DNA of 64,000 nucleotides from Octopus sinensis (lineage: Eukaryota), in NCBI RefSeq assembly GCF_006345805.1, contig NC_043007.1:806001-870000 (forward strand). Direction: 5' to 3'. Shown piece by piece: positions 1 through 11,582 of the stretch. Each line of letters opens with the position of its first letter. Position 1 is the stretch's first letter. The position numbers were made by a program, and so were the translations under genes. The notes beneath the pieces are model-generated. The model did not search any database, was not told where the DNA came from, and was given only the letters and a program-made list of their open reading frames with translations.

Positions 1-332
1 CCTAACGATGCAATGGTATCTATGAACATTGTATAAAGGACATGGATTTTCATCAAAAATCTATATTACGTCATGCTTTGAACTTGAGACAATTTCTTCT
101 CATCTTACAAAAGTTTATTAGGCTTCGTTTTGGAAACCCTTAGGTACAGAAGATTTTTGTACAAAATAAAAACCGCGGTTTATTGTGTAATTGTTGGGCT
201 GTTTGTTTCCTGTCTCTTTTGACGAGTAGATTAAAATGACTTGTATCTTTACAATTCTTCTTTATTCACAATAAAGTTGGACAAACTTGAAAAAGTCTAA
301 AGCCATCTTAATGATTTTAAAACATGGCTTAC

Positions 333-380
333 AGGCCCCGTACAACGGCATGCGCAGCCATAAACCTTGTAACTGTAGTT
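333..380 (-). CDS. Candidate 48-nt exon of a minus-strand gene running off the left edge; one frame reads RTTVTRFMAAHAVVRGL
   Basis: On the minus strand: acceptor tagtttcag|aac, donor gggcct|GTAAGC. Contains ATG GCT GCG CAT GCC GTT GTA CGG GGC, an Arg/Ala-rich, acid-free N-terminus-like peptide. No homologue recognised. Confidence 0.4.
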
Positions 381-1056
381 CTGAAACTAATGCTAGACTC
401 TCATCATCTCCCATCAAATATTAGGGGAATTTTATGCTCACTACCTCATTATTACTCAGTGAGCAAATCAGGGTCTCCATTATTATAATTCTTCTGTCTT
501 CGCTATGGTGTTGAACAAACTTAAAATGTTTAAAACCATTTTGATTTCATTAAACACGATTGTTTGTTCAACCACCCTTTCAATTTCACAGGTCACTGCC
601 TCTATGAGACAGTTTCCAGTTTTTTAACCTTGTTCATCGTCATAACCACGAAAGACAACAGTCATGGATGTAAAATCTATATTTCTATTAGTAAGCAGAA
701 GAATCGATACAGCATTACTTTCGTCTTCTTACGTTATGAGTTCAAATCTCACAGAGATCAATTTTGCCTTTCATCTCTCTGAGGTCGATAAAATAAAGTA
801 CCACTCCAATATTGAATATCGGCTTTGCATTGTTTCTTTTCTGTTTCTTTTTAATGTTGTGAGATTAAATCCTATCGGTGTCAACTTTGCTTTTCACCTT
901 TTCGAGGCCGATAAAATAAAGGAATGAGTTTTGGGAATAGCTATCAGTACTTAACGGGGAAGGAAAGGAACACGGAAATTGCAGATGGCGGGCGAAAGGT
1001 ACAAAAACAATTGAAAATGTGTAGACACAGGAGTAAAAAAGCGAGAAAAGAAATTC

Positions 1057-1262
1057 TTTTATTTGTTTCAGTCATTTGACCGCGGCCATGCTGGCGCACC
1101 GCTTTTAGCCGAACAAATCAACCCCAGGACTTATTCTTTGTAAGCCTAGTACTTACTCTATCGGTCTCTTTGCCGAACCGCTAATTTACGGGGATGTAAA
1201 CACATCAACATCGGTTGTCAAGCGATGTTGGGGGGGACAAACACACACATACACATAAATGT
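1057..1262 (-). mobile_element. tRNA-derived SINE family A, 3' half
   Basis: Matches the 3' half of the full copies at 46878-47266 and 48768-49180 (tttcagtcatttgac...ccgaaccgct...ggggacaaacac). Confidence 0.85.
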
Positions 1263-1264
1263 AT

Positions 1265-1524
1265 GTGTATTTTTTCAATGTTTACAAATAGCACGGAAAA
1301 AATAAATTGTTACCAGGGTAGCAAAAATTCACATAAGTACCAAGGATGTAACAGCCTACTTATAAAGGTAGAAATTCCATGTTTTGCGGAAATGATTTTG
1401 CATAACATAGGTAAATAAATCGAGTTAAACGCGAGTGTTATTCAGATCTTTATACTACCTACATATGTTTCGAAACATCTGTCGGAAGTATAAAGATTTG
1501 AATAACACCTACGTTTAACTCCAT

Positions 1525-1530
<6 letters not shown>
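1265..1530. mobile_element. Palindromic (fold-back) MITE-like element; a right-arm copy lies at 2020-2232
   Basis: Imperfect hairpin centred on tttc|gaaa at 1471/1472. 2020-2232 is the reverse-complement homologue of 1265-1470 (e.g. cagggtagcaaaaat vs atttttgctaccctg). Confidence 0.65.
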
Positions 1531-1578
<48 letters not shown>

Positions 1579-1620
1579 GTCTGTCTGTCTGTCTATCTGT
1601 CTGTCTGTCTGTCTGTCTAG

Positions 1621-1780
1621 TGAGAATTTACAAAAAACAAAAGACGAAGACGGGTGTGTAAACAACAAACAGCTGTATTAGTTTAACGCTTGGGAAGTGA
1701 GAAAGTCTTTTACGTTTCGAGCCTACGCTCTTTGACAGAAAGGAACACAAAAATAAACAGGGAGAGAAAATAGAAAATGG
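1621..1780 (-). mobile_element. Penelope-like terminal-repeat fragment with a variant minimal hammerhead (1707-1742)
   Basis: Minus strand reads cttt-CTGTCAA-a-gagc(gtag)gctc-GAAAC-GTA-aaag. Downstream sequence resembles that following the decayed HHR at 48.1 kb. Confidence 0.5.
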
Positions 1781-1783
1781 TAT

Positions 1784-1872
<89 letters not shown>

Positions 1873-2620
1873 ATATGAGATGGTGTTGTGTTACATCCCC
1901 GTAACTTAGCGGTTTGGCAAAATATCCCGATAGAATAAGTACTAGGCTTCCAAAGAATGAGAATGTAATCTTCTCTGAGAAGATTACATTGTTTTACACC
2001 ATTTATTCCTTTGGAATAATATCAGTGATTTCTTCGAAACATGTGTCGGAAGTAAAAGTATTTGAATTATATCTACGTTAAGCTCCATTTATTTATATAT
2101 TATACAAAAAATTCCACGTAAACCCGAAGTTTCTACCTTTAAAAACAAGGAGTTACAACCTCTTTACTTGAGTGATTTTTGCTACCCTGATAACTATTTA
2201 TCTATTTTTTCCGTTAACAAGGGAAAAATACACTCATCTCTCTCTTTCTCTCTCTCTCTTTATATATATATATAGTTTGTAAAATATGTAAATCCAAAAG
2301 AAGACGCACACTCTAAGATGTAGAGTAGTTAAAAATGGGGAAGGCTGGCCTATGGGATTACCTTAAGTTTCCCGTCCATCAAAGGTTTAGCATTATAGCA
2401 TATCGTCCGATCCCAAAAACCTGTTGTCGCATGACCGCTTAAAAATATGGCTATGGCGTTACTCTGGGTTTCCCGTCCGTAAAGCGCCTAGCTTTAAGGC
2501 GTTTCTTCAGACCTTAAGCGCATAGCATACCATAACCGAACCGAACGTTACCCAGGGTAACCGCATAGACCGGCTATAGCCATCTTTATCTAATTATTCT
2601 ACAGCTCTATAAGTTAGAAT

Positions 2621-3050
2621 GAGCGGCTGTGTGGTAAGTAGCTTGCTTACCAACCACATGGTTCTGGGTTCATTCCCACTGCGTGGCACCTTGGGCAAGT
2701 GTCTTCTACTATAGCCTCGGGTCGACCAAAGCCTTGTGAGTGGATTTGGTAGACGGAAACTGAAAGAAGCCCGTCGTATATTTGTATATGTATATATGTT
2801 TGTGTTTGTCCCCCTCAACATAGCTTGACAACCGATGGTGGTGTGTTTACACACAAACATGTATACATATACAAATATACGACGGGCTTCTTTCAGTTTC
2901 CGTCTACCAAGATAGCGGTTCGGCAAAAGTGCCCGATAGAATAAGTACTAGGCTTACAAAGAATAAGTCCGGGGGTCGAGTTGCTCGACTAAAGGGGGTG
3001 CTCCAGCATGGCCGCAGTCAAATGAGTGAAACAAGTAAATGAATAAAAAG
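2621..3050 (+). mobile_element. SINE family A, full length, with an internal 60-bp inverted duplication
   Basis: tRNA-like head gcggctgtgtggtaag...gggttcattccc. 2746-2805 is reverse-complemented at 2851-2910. Confidence 0.9.
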
Positions 3051-3064
3051 AGTTCTCTTTCGGA

Positions 3065-3380
3065 TTCATAATTTACTGACGACGTCGTGTGATCACGTGA
3101 CCGACCAGACCGTCAGATGTCGTCACACATCGCTGGTCACAACGGGCAGTTGTATTGTTTCAGCCTTCAAATGGCGCGAGCCACCGGCTAGGCGAGGAGG
3201 CCAACATCAGGTTGTATTGTCCCCTCTATGTTCGCCCCCTGTGGGTAATAATAAAACAATTCCACCCTGGTCGAAAGCAACGTGAAGTGAAGTGTCTTGC
3301 TCAAGAATGCAACGCGCCGCCCAGTCAGTGAATCGAAACCACGATCAAGCGATAGTGAGTGCGGCAGCCTAACCACACGA
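3065..3380 (-). mobile_element. tRNA-derived SINE with a CORE-like central domain
   Basis: Minus strand: gtggttagg head, gtttcgattca B-box-like motif, then ttgagcaagacacttcacttcacgttgc. The same core occurs at about 63930-63990. Confidence 0.7.
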
Positions 3381-4021
3381 GTGTGTGTATATATATATAC
3401 ACACACTCGTGTATATATATATATACATATACACATATATTTGTGTGTGTGTGTGTAGTGTTTATATATATACACACACTCGTGTGTATATATATATATA
3501 TATATACATATATTTGTGTGTATGTGTGTAGTGTTTATATATATACACACACTCATGTATATATATACACGAGTGTGTATATATATATGTATAAACACTA
3601 CACACACACACAAATATATGCACGACGAGCTTCTGTCTACCAAAATCACGCACAAGGTTTTGTTTGGTCAGTCCAGAGCTATAATAAAAAAACACTTGTT
3701 CAAGGTGTCTTGCAGTGGGATTGAACGCGAGGCATCGTGACTGGGAAGGCAAACTTCTTACCACATAGCCACGCCTGTAGCTTCAAACATTTTCTTATTT
3801 ATAAATAAGAGATAAGAGAGCTTTTGAACGTAAAAGAAAAACTCAAATGCAAGTAGTTCTTCTCATTCACCACCACGCAAAAATAAAATAAAATAAAACG
3901 AAAAGGCAAGGCCATGCGTGCTGTCCATCAACAATTTATTACAACGAAGCATATATAGCGTAAGCCGAGCGTGTACCATAACCGGAGTGAACCGAACGGA
4001 ACCGGACCGAACCGACAATTG

Positions 4022-4163
4022 AAACCGGAAGTTCCCATGATGCTAGTGTCCAGAGCGGAGGAGATGCGCAGTGTATCGCAGGAAATAGCATAGTTACACT
4101 TGAACCTAAAATACAGAGTGTGGAGGAGGCAGGAGGAGATGAGCTCCAAAATACCTCGCAAAG
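4022..4163 (+). promoter_or_regulatory. CpG-rich promoter-like segment with an ETS motif and a possible first exon
   Basis: CCGGAAGT at about 4025-4032, local CpG enrichment, ATG at 4139 (MSSKIPRK) and donor aag|GTAAAG at 4164. Confidence 0.4.
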
Positions 4164-5154
4164 GTAAAGAACCCGTAAACCATGATATATGATGATGATG
4201 ATGATCAGTAATTAATTAATTAATTGTCTTTCGTTAAAAAAAAGAAAAGCCCTACGAGTGAGAGAGAGAAAGGTGGGGAGGGAGGACGACAGAGCGTGAG
4301 AAAAGAAAGAAAGAAAAGAGTATAGAGATGTATGTATGTGTAAATGAATTCATTGATAACCAAGGGAGGGACTTGATGATGATGATGGTGGTGGAGACGG
4401 TGGAGGGACGAAAACAAATGACCATCACCCACTAAACCACGTCTCTAGCAATCCCCCCACCCCTCCCCTCCTCATTACGGTCACAAAGTGTGTGAGAAAG
4501 AAAAAAGAAAAGAAAAGGAAGAAATAATAATAAGCTTTTAAGGTTTGCTGTGTGAGAGTTTTTGGTTTGGGAGAATCTCTAATTTATTATCATCATTATC
4601 ATTATTATTATATTATTATTATTAATGTTCGTTCCTCTAGCTTTGTTCTTTCTCTCTTTCTTTCTTTCTTTCTCCCCCCCTCTCTGCTTTGTATTGTAAT
4701 TCTCCCTCCCCCCTCCTCCACTTCACTTCTTTCTTTTTTTCTTAAAACATTTGTGATTTCTACGTTTGAAAATGTTAATTCTTTAACCGTCTCTTAGTAC
4801 ACACGTCTACATATATATATATGCGTGTATACACCAATATATTGGTGCATGTGTGTATATATATATATATATATATATGTATGTACACATGTATATACAT
4901 GTCTGTGAATGTATATGTACACGTGTGTGTGTATATATATACATACATATGAAAAACTATGCAAATGTCTATATATATATATATATAGTATGTATATTGT
5001 GTGTTTATATATATATATATAAATAGTATGTATATTATGTATGTATATATATATATAGAGAGAGAGAGACATATATGTCTATATATATATATATAAATAG
5101 TATGTATATTGTGTATATATATATGAAGCTTTTTCACCTTAGAGTAATTCGTAC

Positions 5155-5200
5155 CTCATTGAAGAAATAAGGGTGAAAACGGAAACAGGAATATCTGTTT
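5155..5200 (-). other. Candidate 46-nt minus-strand exon (5' UTR or coding), possibly spliced to 333-380
   Basis: Strong pyrimidine tract ending ttattttcag|aaa, and donor gag|GTACGA. The join to 333-380 stays open: TDIPVSVFTLISSMRTTVTRFMAAHAVVRG. Confidence 0.4.
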
Positions 5201-6872
5201 CTGAAAATAAAAACAAACGAACAATTAAAGGAAAGAAACAAAAAATAAAACCCCAGGCTTTTCTCTGATCAGTTTTACGGTGGTTCTCGGTGTTAAAATT
5301 AAACATAGCAGCCAATTTCCCCTCAAATTTACATACAGCACTTTAAACGAAGGCAACTGTCTTAAAATGGAATCATTGTCCGATTGACTCTGTTGGTTTT
5401 TGGGTGTTTTTGGGTGCACTGTCTAGGGTCCAGACCAAAGATACATCCACCCTTAAATACAGGGTAACAAAAGAAAAAAGGGGCAAAAAAAAAAAGCGAC
5501 GGGATGGTCGTAGTTGGAATGTGTTTAAATCATGATATATCCCTAATCAGGGGCTGACCTAGAAGTCCTGCATATACACGAACAGTTAGTTATAAACTAC
5601 AGATTAAACCCCTTATTGTACCCGAGCAGTTTCCCGTCCCCCCGCTTAGTACGGGTGTTGTTTTTCCATTTTAGTACATCTCGTTAGCAACGGAAGAAAC
5701 CTTAAATTGAATTCAAATGAATTAAGAAGACAGAAACCGTTGGAAGTGAATCTAAGAAAGGAAAGGATTCATAATAAAAGGAAATATCTTTCTTTTTCGT
5801 TACAAAGAAGAAATTGTGACAGTATTAAATGTCCATTTATTAAAATTATATATTGTCTTGTTGTTGTTAATAAAGTAACTGTAACCGTCTCTATTTTTCT
5901 TTTTTCATACATTGCAAGGTTGTATGGACATGTATAAAACACGCGTTTATATACGTGTGTATATATATTGTGTTAAATAAATGTAGAATTTGTGTTTATG
6001 TCTCCATGCATGTTTATACCTATGTATATGTGTGCACACATATATATAGATATACACACTCATGTATTTATGTATAGTGTGTGTATATATATATATATGT
6101 TTCTGCCAGTACACACATTTTCTAAGCTGGCATGGGTTGTGTGTGTGTATATATAATATGTATGTTGTATGTGTATATATAAACAGTATGTATATTGTGT
6201 GTGTATGTATATTGAATGTGTATGTATATATAGTATGTATATTTTATGTGATTGTATATATAGTATGTATATTTTATGTATATGTATATATATAAAAAGT
6301 ATATTATATGTATATAGTCTGTATATTGTGTATATTTAGTATGTATATAGTCTGTATATTGTGTGTATATATATATATATATAGTAGTATGTATATTGTG
6401 TGTGTATATATATATAGTAGTATGTATATTGTGTATATATATATATAATATGTATATATATATATATAATAGTATGTATATTGTGTATATATATAATAGT
6501 ATGTATATTGTATGTGTATATATATGATAGTATGTATATTGTATGTGTGTGTGTATATATACACACATTGTATATACAGTGATACAGGCCATTAATTCAC
6601 ACTGACTGTTGACATCACCCCTCTCACATTCAAATTTTAAATATTTCTAATAATCATTTTATTGGTCACCTATTTTCATTATTGCTGAAAGGACGCTTTA
6701 TCACTGGATTACCAGCATTACACACACACACATCCATTCCTACACTGTACATTATTATATATACATATATATACAGTATATATATATCAGTTGTGGTGGC
6801 CATCATCCTTTCTTCTTTCATATATATGTGTGTATATATATATGTGTATGTGTGTGTAGGTACTGATTCGTA

Positions 6873-7058
6873 ATGTTACAGCTGTTGAACACCTTGAGGC
6901 AAACTAAGAACCTCTACAAGACCATTATTCTTGTTGTTACCATCACTAATGCCCTTATCCTTGCTGTTGTGTTTCTCCAATTAGCCCTGGCACTCCAGGC
7001 GAGGAAAAAACGGACGAAGGCGAAAGCAAGATTCAAAGAAGAAAAGAAACGCTCGTGA
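6873..7058 (+). CDS. Small ORF or exon encoding a single hydrophobic helix followed by a basic cluster (61 aa)
   Basis: MLQLLNTLRQTKNLYK-TIILVVTITNALILAVVFLQLALAL-QARKKRTKAKARFKEEKKRS. Possible acceptor tgtag|g at 6859/6860 and consensus donor ctc|GTGAGT at 7055. No homologue recognised. Confidence 0.35.
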   Translation: MLQLLNTLRQTKNLYKTIILVVTITNALILAVVFLQLALALQARKKRTKAKARFKEEKKRS

Positions 7059-9520
7059 GTGTTCCACTTTCTCTTTTTTTCCTTTTTTCTTTTCCTTTTC
7101 CTTTCATTCCTTTAATTTCTTGCCATTTCCAGCTTTTTAATCTTTTTTCCGACCCCCACCATTTCTTGTATCTCTTTCTTTCTTTTTTCCTTTTCTCTAC
7201 CGGAATATGGTCGTTGTTTCTTTTCTATTTTTTTTTTCCGTTTGTGTTTTGGAAAATATTTAAAAAAACATTAGTTTTGATTTTGTGTTTTTTTTGTCTC
7301 TGTTCTTCTGTTGTTTTTTGTGTTTTCTCTTTCTTTTGCGTTGCTGTTTTGAGGGGTAAAACGGGTTCGAAACCGTATCTGTTATATCTACGTTGGTTAT
7401 CCTGAACTTACATGTGAAACGGCGTGTCACCGTGAGGAGCGGGGCCAGCCTCTGTCTCCCCTTGTACTTCGGATGGGGGCAGTGGCGGCTCGTTTCTTGC
7501 TTATCTTACCTTAAAAGTTAGGGGCCATATTTCACACACACAGTACTTTACTATCCAGGGTAGACGCTCACATTCATTAGGTATTGTAAATAGGGGCCGG
7601 TTATACTGTACCGAGGGGGTAAAAACGACTTGATTGGATTGGCACGGTTGGAACTGTTTTGATCATTGGGCTTGATGGTGAGGAGCCGACTTGAGGACTA
7701 AGCTATGACAAAATGTAATCCGGTCTGTCTTGTATTTGAAATGTCGGTGAATCTTGCCTCTCTTTCAAACCAAACGCACCTTGGAAAAAAAACTGGATTT
7801 TACACCACAACGGAAGAAAAAGAGCGGGACAGTCATTACTGGAACGCCGTGGATGATAAATAGGTTTATCTGCTCAATCGATAATAGACCTGTGGCTAAA
7901 TAGTGAAAACATGTCGAACCAAGCCTCTACACGCTCGATCGGTCCAGCCCGCTAAAAAAAAAAGCCAGATTTCAAATTACACATTGAATAGTGTTTCGTT
8001 TTAATGAATAGAAAGTGTGTAATTGGATCATCCAATCCTAGATACTGTATCTGAATAAAATGATGGGCTGGTCAAGGATGGGACGCCTTTGATTATTGCT
8101 CTGCTCGTTGTGTTGACCCTGGGCTATGCATCAACACGTGAATCACCTCTATTCGTCATCATCATCTGACTGACTATACACACATGTGTGAATATGTATG
8201 TATGCATATATAAGTATATAAATATATATAAAAGAGAGAGAGAGAGAGGTGAACAGTCGGTTAATGCATTTCGTTGAAGCTAACCCCCACCACTCGACTC
8301 CAGAAACTACCTAATTTGTCAATTGCCCTCTTCCATTTTTTCGCACCCATTTGATATTAATTATGAATGAATATATGAGCCAGGCATTTAATATACTTTG
8401 TCTCTCGTAAACATCATCATCATCATTGACATCACCTTTACTATCATTGCTTTAACACTTCTATTTGGTGATGCCTTAGCGACTATAAATTCTAATAACG
8501 GTGTGTATTTAGTAAGTAATTCACACACGTGTGTACATATGATTATATATATATACATACGTAGATGTATCTAATCTGTGTCCATGCCTGCCCGATTGAA
8601 AACTTATGTGATCTAGTTCAATCTTTTTGTATTAAGTTCTCTTTTCGTATCTTTTTTTTTGTTTCTAATAAACTTCTGTGGAATTATTACTTATAGAAAG
8701 GACTCGAGAAAATATATAAAGCATGAATATAACTAGATAGGACGAAGTAGACCATAGTCCTGTTTGCAATCGAGTGAATATGATTTTCTGCATAATATAA
8801 AACACATACACACACCCATATATACATACATTTGGCGAAGTTTCGCATGTCGTAGCACATACATTTATATATATATATACTCACACACACTATTTTTGTG
8901 AATATATACTTCTATCTTACAACCATCCATGTGTTATAAATAACCGTTTTTTTTCTGGTTACACGAAACTCTAGATCTTGGACTTAATTTACAGTCGAAT
9001 TATCTAAATAATTGGAGCTCTAACCCTAACCTATCCATTAATTTACTCCCTATTATGTTTTCATCTCCATTATTCCCCAGTTTATATATCTTTGTTGTGA
9101 ACCAGATCTTCACCATTTACACATTCTCAGGACTTTTACTTTCGACTCTTCCCCTGTTCGTCCTCAATAAAACCTGAAGCTAATTAATTTCATTTTTCTT
9201 TTTGCTAATGTCTTATCGTCAGTCCGTCACCCAAGATACAAACCATGTGTACTTTTCACACATTTATTACTGTTTGAAAAGAAAGCATTATTACAATTTG
9301 TTCGTTTGTATTAATTAACTGAAAATGAGGTTTCCATCCCTCACTTGATTATATATATATCATATATATATATACACAGATAGATAAAACTCACTTGGAA
9401 GAGGATGCGTGGCGTTCAATCATATAATATAAATAATATATGCATATATACATACATACATACATACATGTACATGCTTTCATCTATACGTATATGCATA
9501 TATATGTACGTATTTATATA

Positions 9521-9594
<74 letters not shown>

Positions 9595-10327
9595 TTAGAT
9601 ATACATATACACACACATGCATGCATATACGCCCATATATACATGCATTCACATATTAGCCATCTATACACACATATACATCATGTGTATGACTTACAAA
9701 GAGTTTCTGAAGATTGGTGCGTTGAATTGAAGTTCTATATACTTTATAAATATTATAGGCTTCAGTCATTGGTCTACGGCCATGCTGGGGCAGTGTCTTG
9801 AAGGGTTTTAGTCGAACAGATCGACCCCAGTACCTATTTTTTTCTCTTTTTCAACTTGGCACGCATTCTGTCGAATACTTTTTGCCGAACCGCTACTATT
9901 TCTGTCTGTATTTTTGCTACTGTTTAGCTGTGCAGGGAAGGGCAGTGACCGCATCTCTTTCATTTTATTTTCAAAGCCTCCTTGACTGGGAGGGAGGAAA
10001 GTAGGAAGTTATTCTCAGATCTGAAACCAAATCGCCCCCCTCCCACAATCCGGAATGCTTGAAAGAATAAGTTAAACGTTCCAATTAACGAGCAGTTAAT
10101 TACATTTTTGGATGACGAAATGTTTAAATTAGTTCGCTCTCCCAAAGCGTGTGTATCACCATCTATCGTTCACTCTCTGGAGCTGATAAAGCCGGAGAGC
10201 TGCATCTGTCTGATTTGGCTGCCCTTCCTAACACCAACCACCCCCGGGAGTGTAATTAGTGCTTTTACGTGCCACCTGTACAGGTATCATTTACATGGCA
10301 CTGGCAACGACTACGACGCACGGGTGC

Positions 10328-10359
<32 letters not shown>

Positions 10360-10835
10360 GTTGATTTCTTCAGAATTTAGAAACTTCGAGTCAGCGTAAA
10401 ATCATTATTTTTCTATCCGTTGGGTTTTTAATACAATATTTACATGCTATTGTTTATAGCTTTATCTGCTTCGAGTTTTACCGTTCCCCAAAAAAAGATA
10501 ATGTCTTTTGTGTTTAATTATAACACATACTTTCTAATATTATTGAAAAAGTATTCAATGCATAGATGTTGAGTATAAAATATATTTCCACCGCCAAAAA
10601 AAAAACAAAAAATGTCATGGCCGTTAATCTCGAAATATATTAATAATCGTCGTTTTAACTTCCACTTTTCTGTGCTCGCATTGTTCAGACGGAATTTATT
10701 GCGATTTTCTGCGGCTGGATACCCTTCCACGCCTGTTTCCAAGCAAGGTAACATTTTTCATAACCGGACATGTTTTCACGGAAGATTAGAAACGGGTGGC
10801 ACCGCTTGTACGATGAAGATGCTCGATATATATAT

Positions 10836-10879
<44 letters not shown>

Positions 10880-11212
10880 AACCAGCTTGACTTGATGGTA
10901 ATTGTGATGTAATGATAATGATTAGCTTGGTGTGTTTTAATTTCATTTGTCCTCTTGCTAAACGAGTTGAGTGTGGAATTAGGAGGTTGTGAAACCTCGA
11001 AATAAAGTGTGAGAGAAGGAAAGTGGATGTTAGTAGAAAGATGAGGTTTTTCTGTCAGTCATGCTTGACCGGAGATGCACGGAGAGACTGAGCGAGTGAA
11101 GGAAGAAATTAGAGCGAGAATGGGTCGAAGTCACTCCTTGAGTGGTTGGGTATCATTTCAGAGAGTAGAAGCTGTCATTCAGGATCCGTAGAGGATAACG
11201 AGTTATCTCCCT

Positions 11213-11514
11213 TTGCATACATACATATGTGTATATATATGTATGTATATATATGTGTGTATATATATATGTGTGTATATGTATGTAATATGTGTGTGTA
11301 TATATATGTATGTATATATGTGTGTGTATATATGTGTGTGTATATGTATGTATATATGTGTGTATATATATGTATGTATATATGTGTGTGTATATATGTA
11401 TGTATATATGTGTATGTATATTTGTGTGTATATATATGTATGTATATATATGTGTATGTATATTTGTGTGTATATATATGTATGTATATATATGTGTATG
11501 TATATATGTGTATG

Positions 11515-11547
<33 letters not shown>

Positions 11548-11582
11548 ATGTATATATATATATACACACACACACACACATA
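11213..11582. repeat. Compound TA/TG microsatellite
   Basis: Directly visible. Confidence 0.95.

Noticed and set aside
2594-2926. Recurrent ORFs ending ..RRHLPKVP..TMWLVSKLLTTQPL (also 30050, 47067, 48671)
   Set aside because: Antisense translations of SINE family A, not a gene family.
8060-8152. Apparent signal peptide (..LIIALLVVLTLGYAST)
   Set aside because: The ATG frames hit TGA at CTT TGA, the hydrophobic frame has no start codon, and the sequence resembles a SINE variant.
9019-9031. CTAACCCTAAC, identical to the vertebrate telomerase RNA template
   Set aside because: No pseudoknot or H/ACA context is visible, and similar TTAGGG dimers occur at about 31657 and about 41269.
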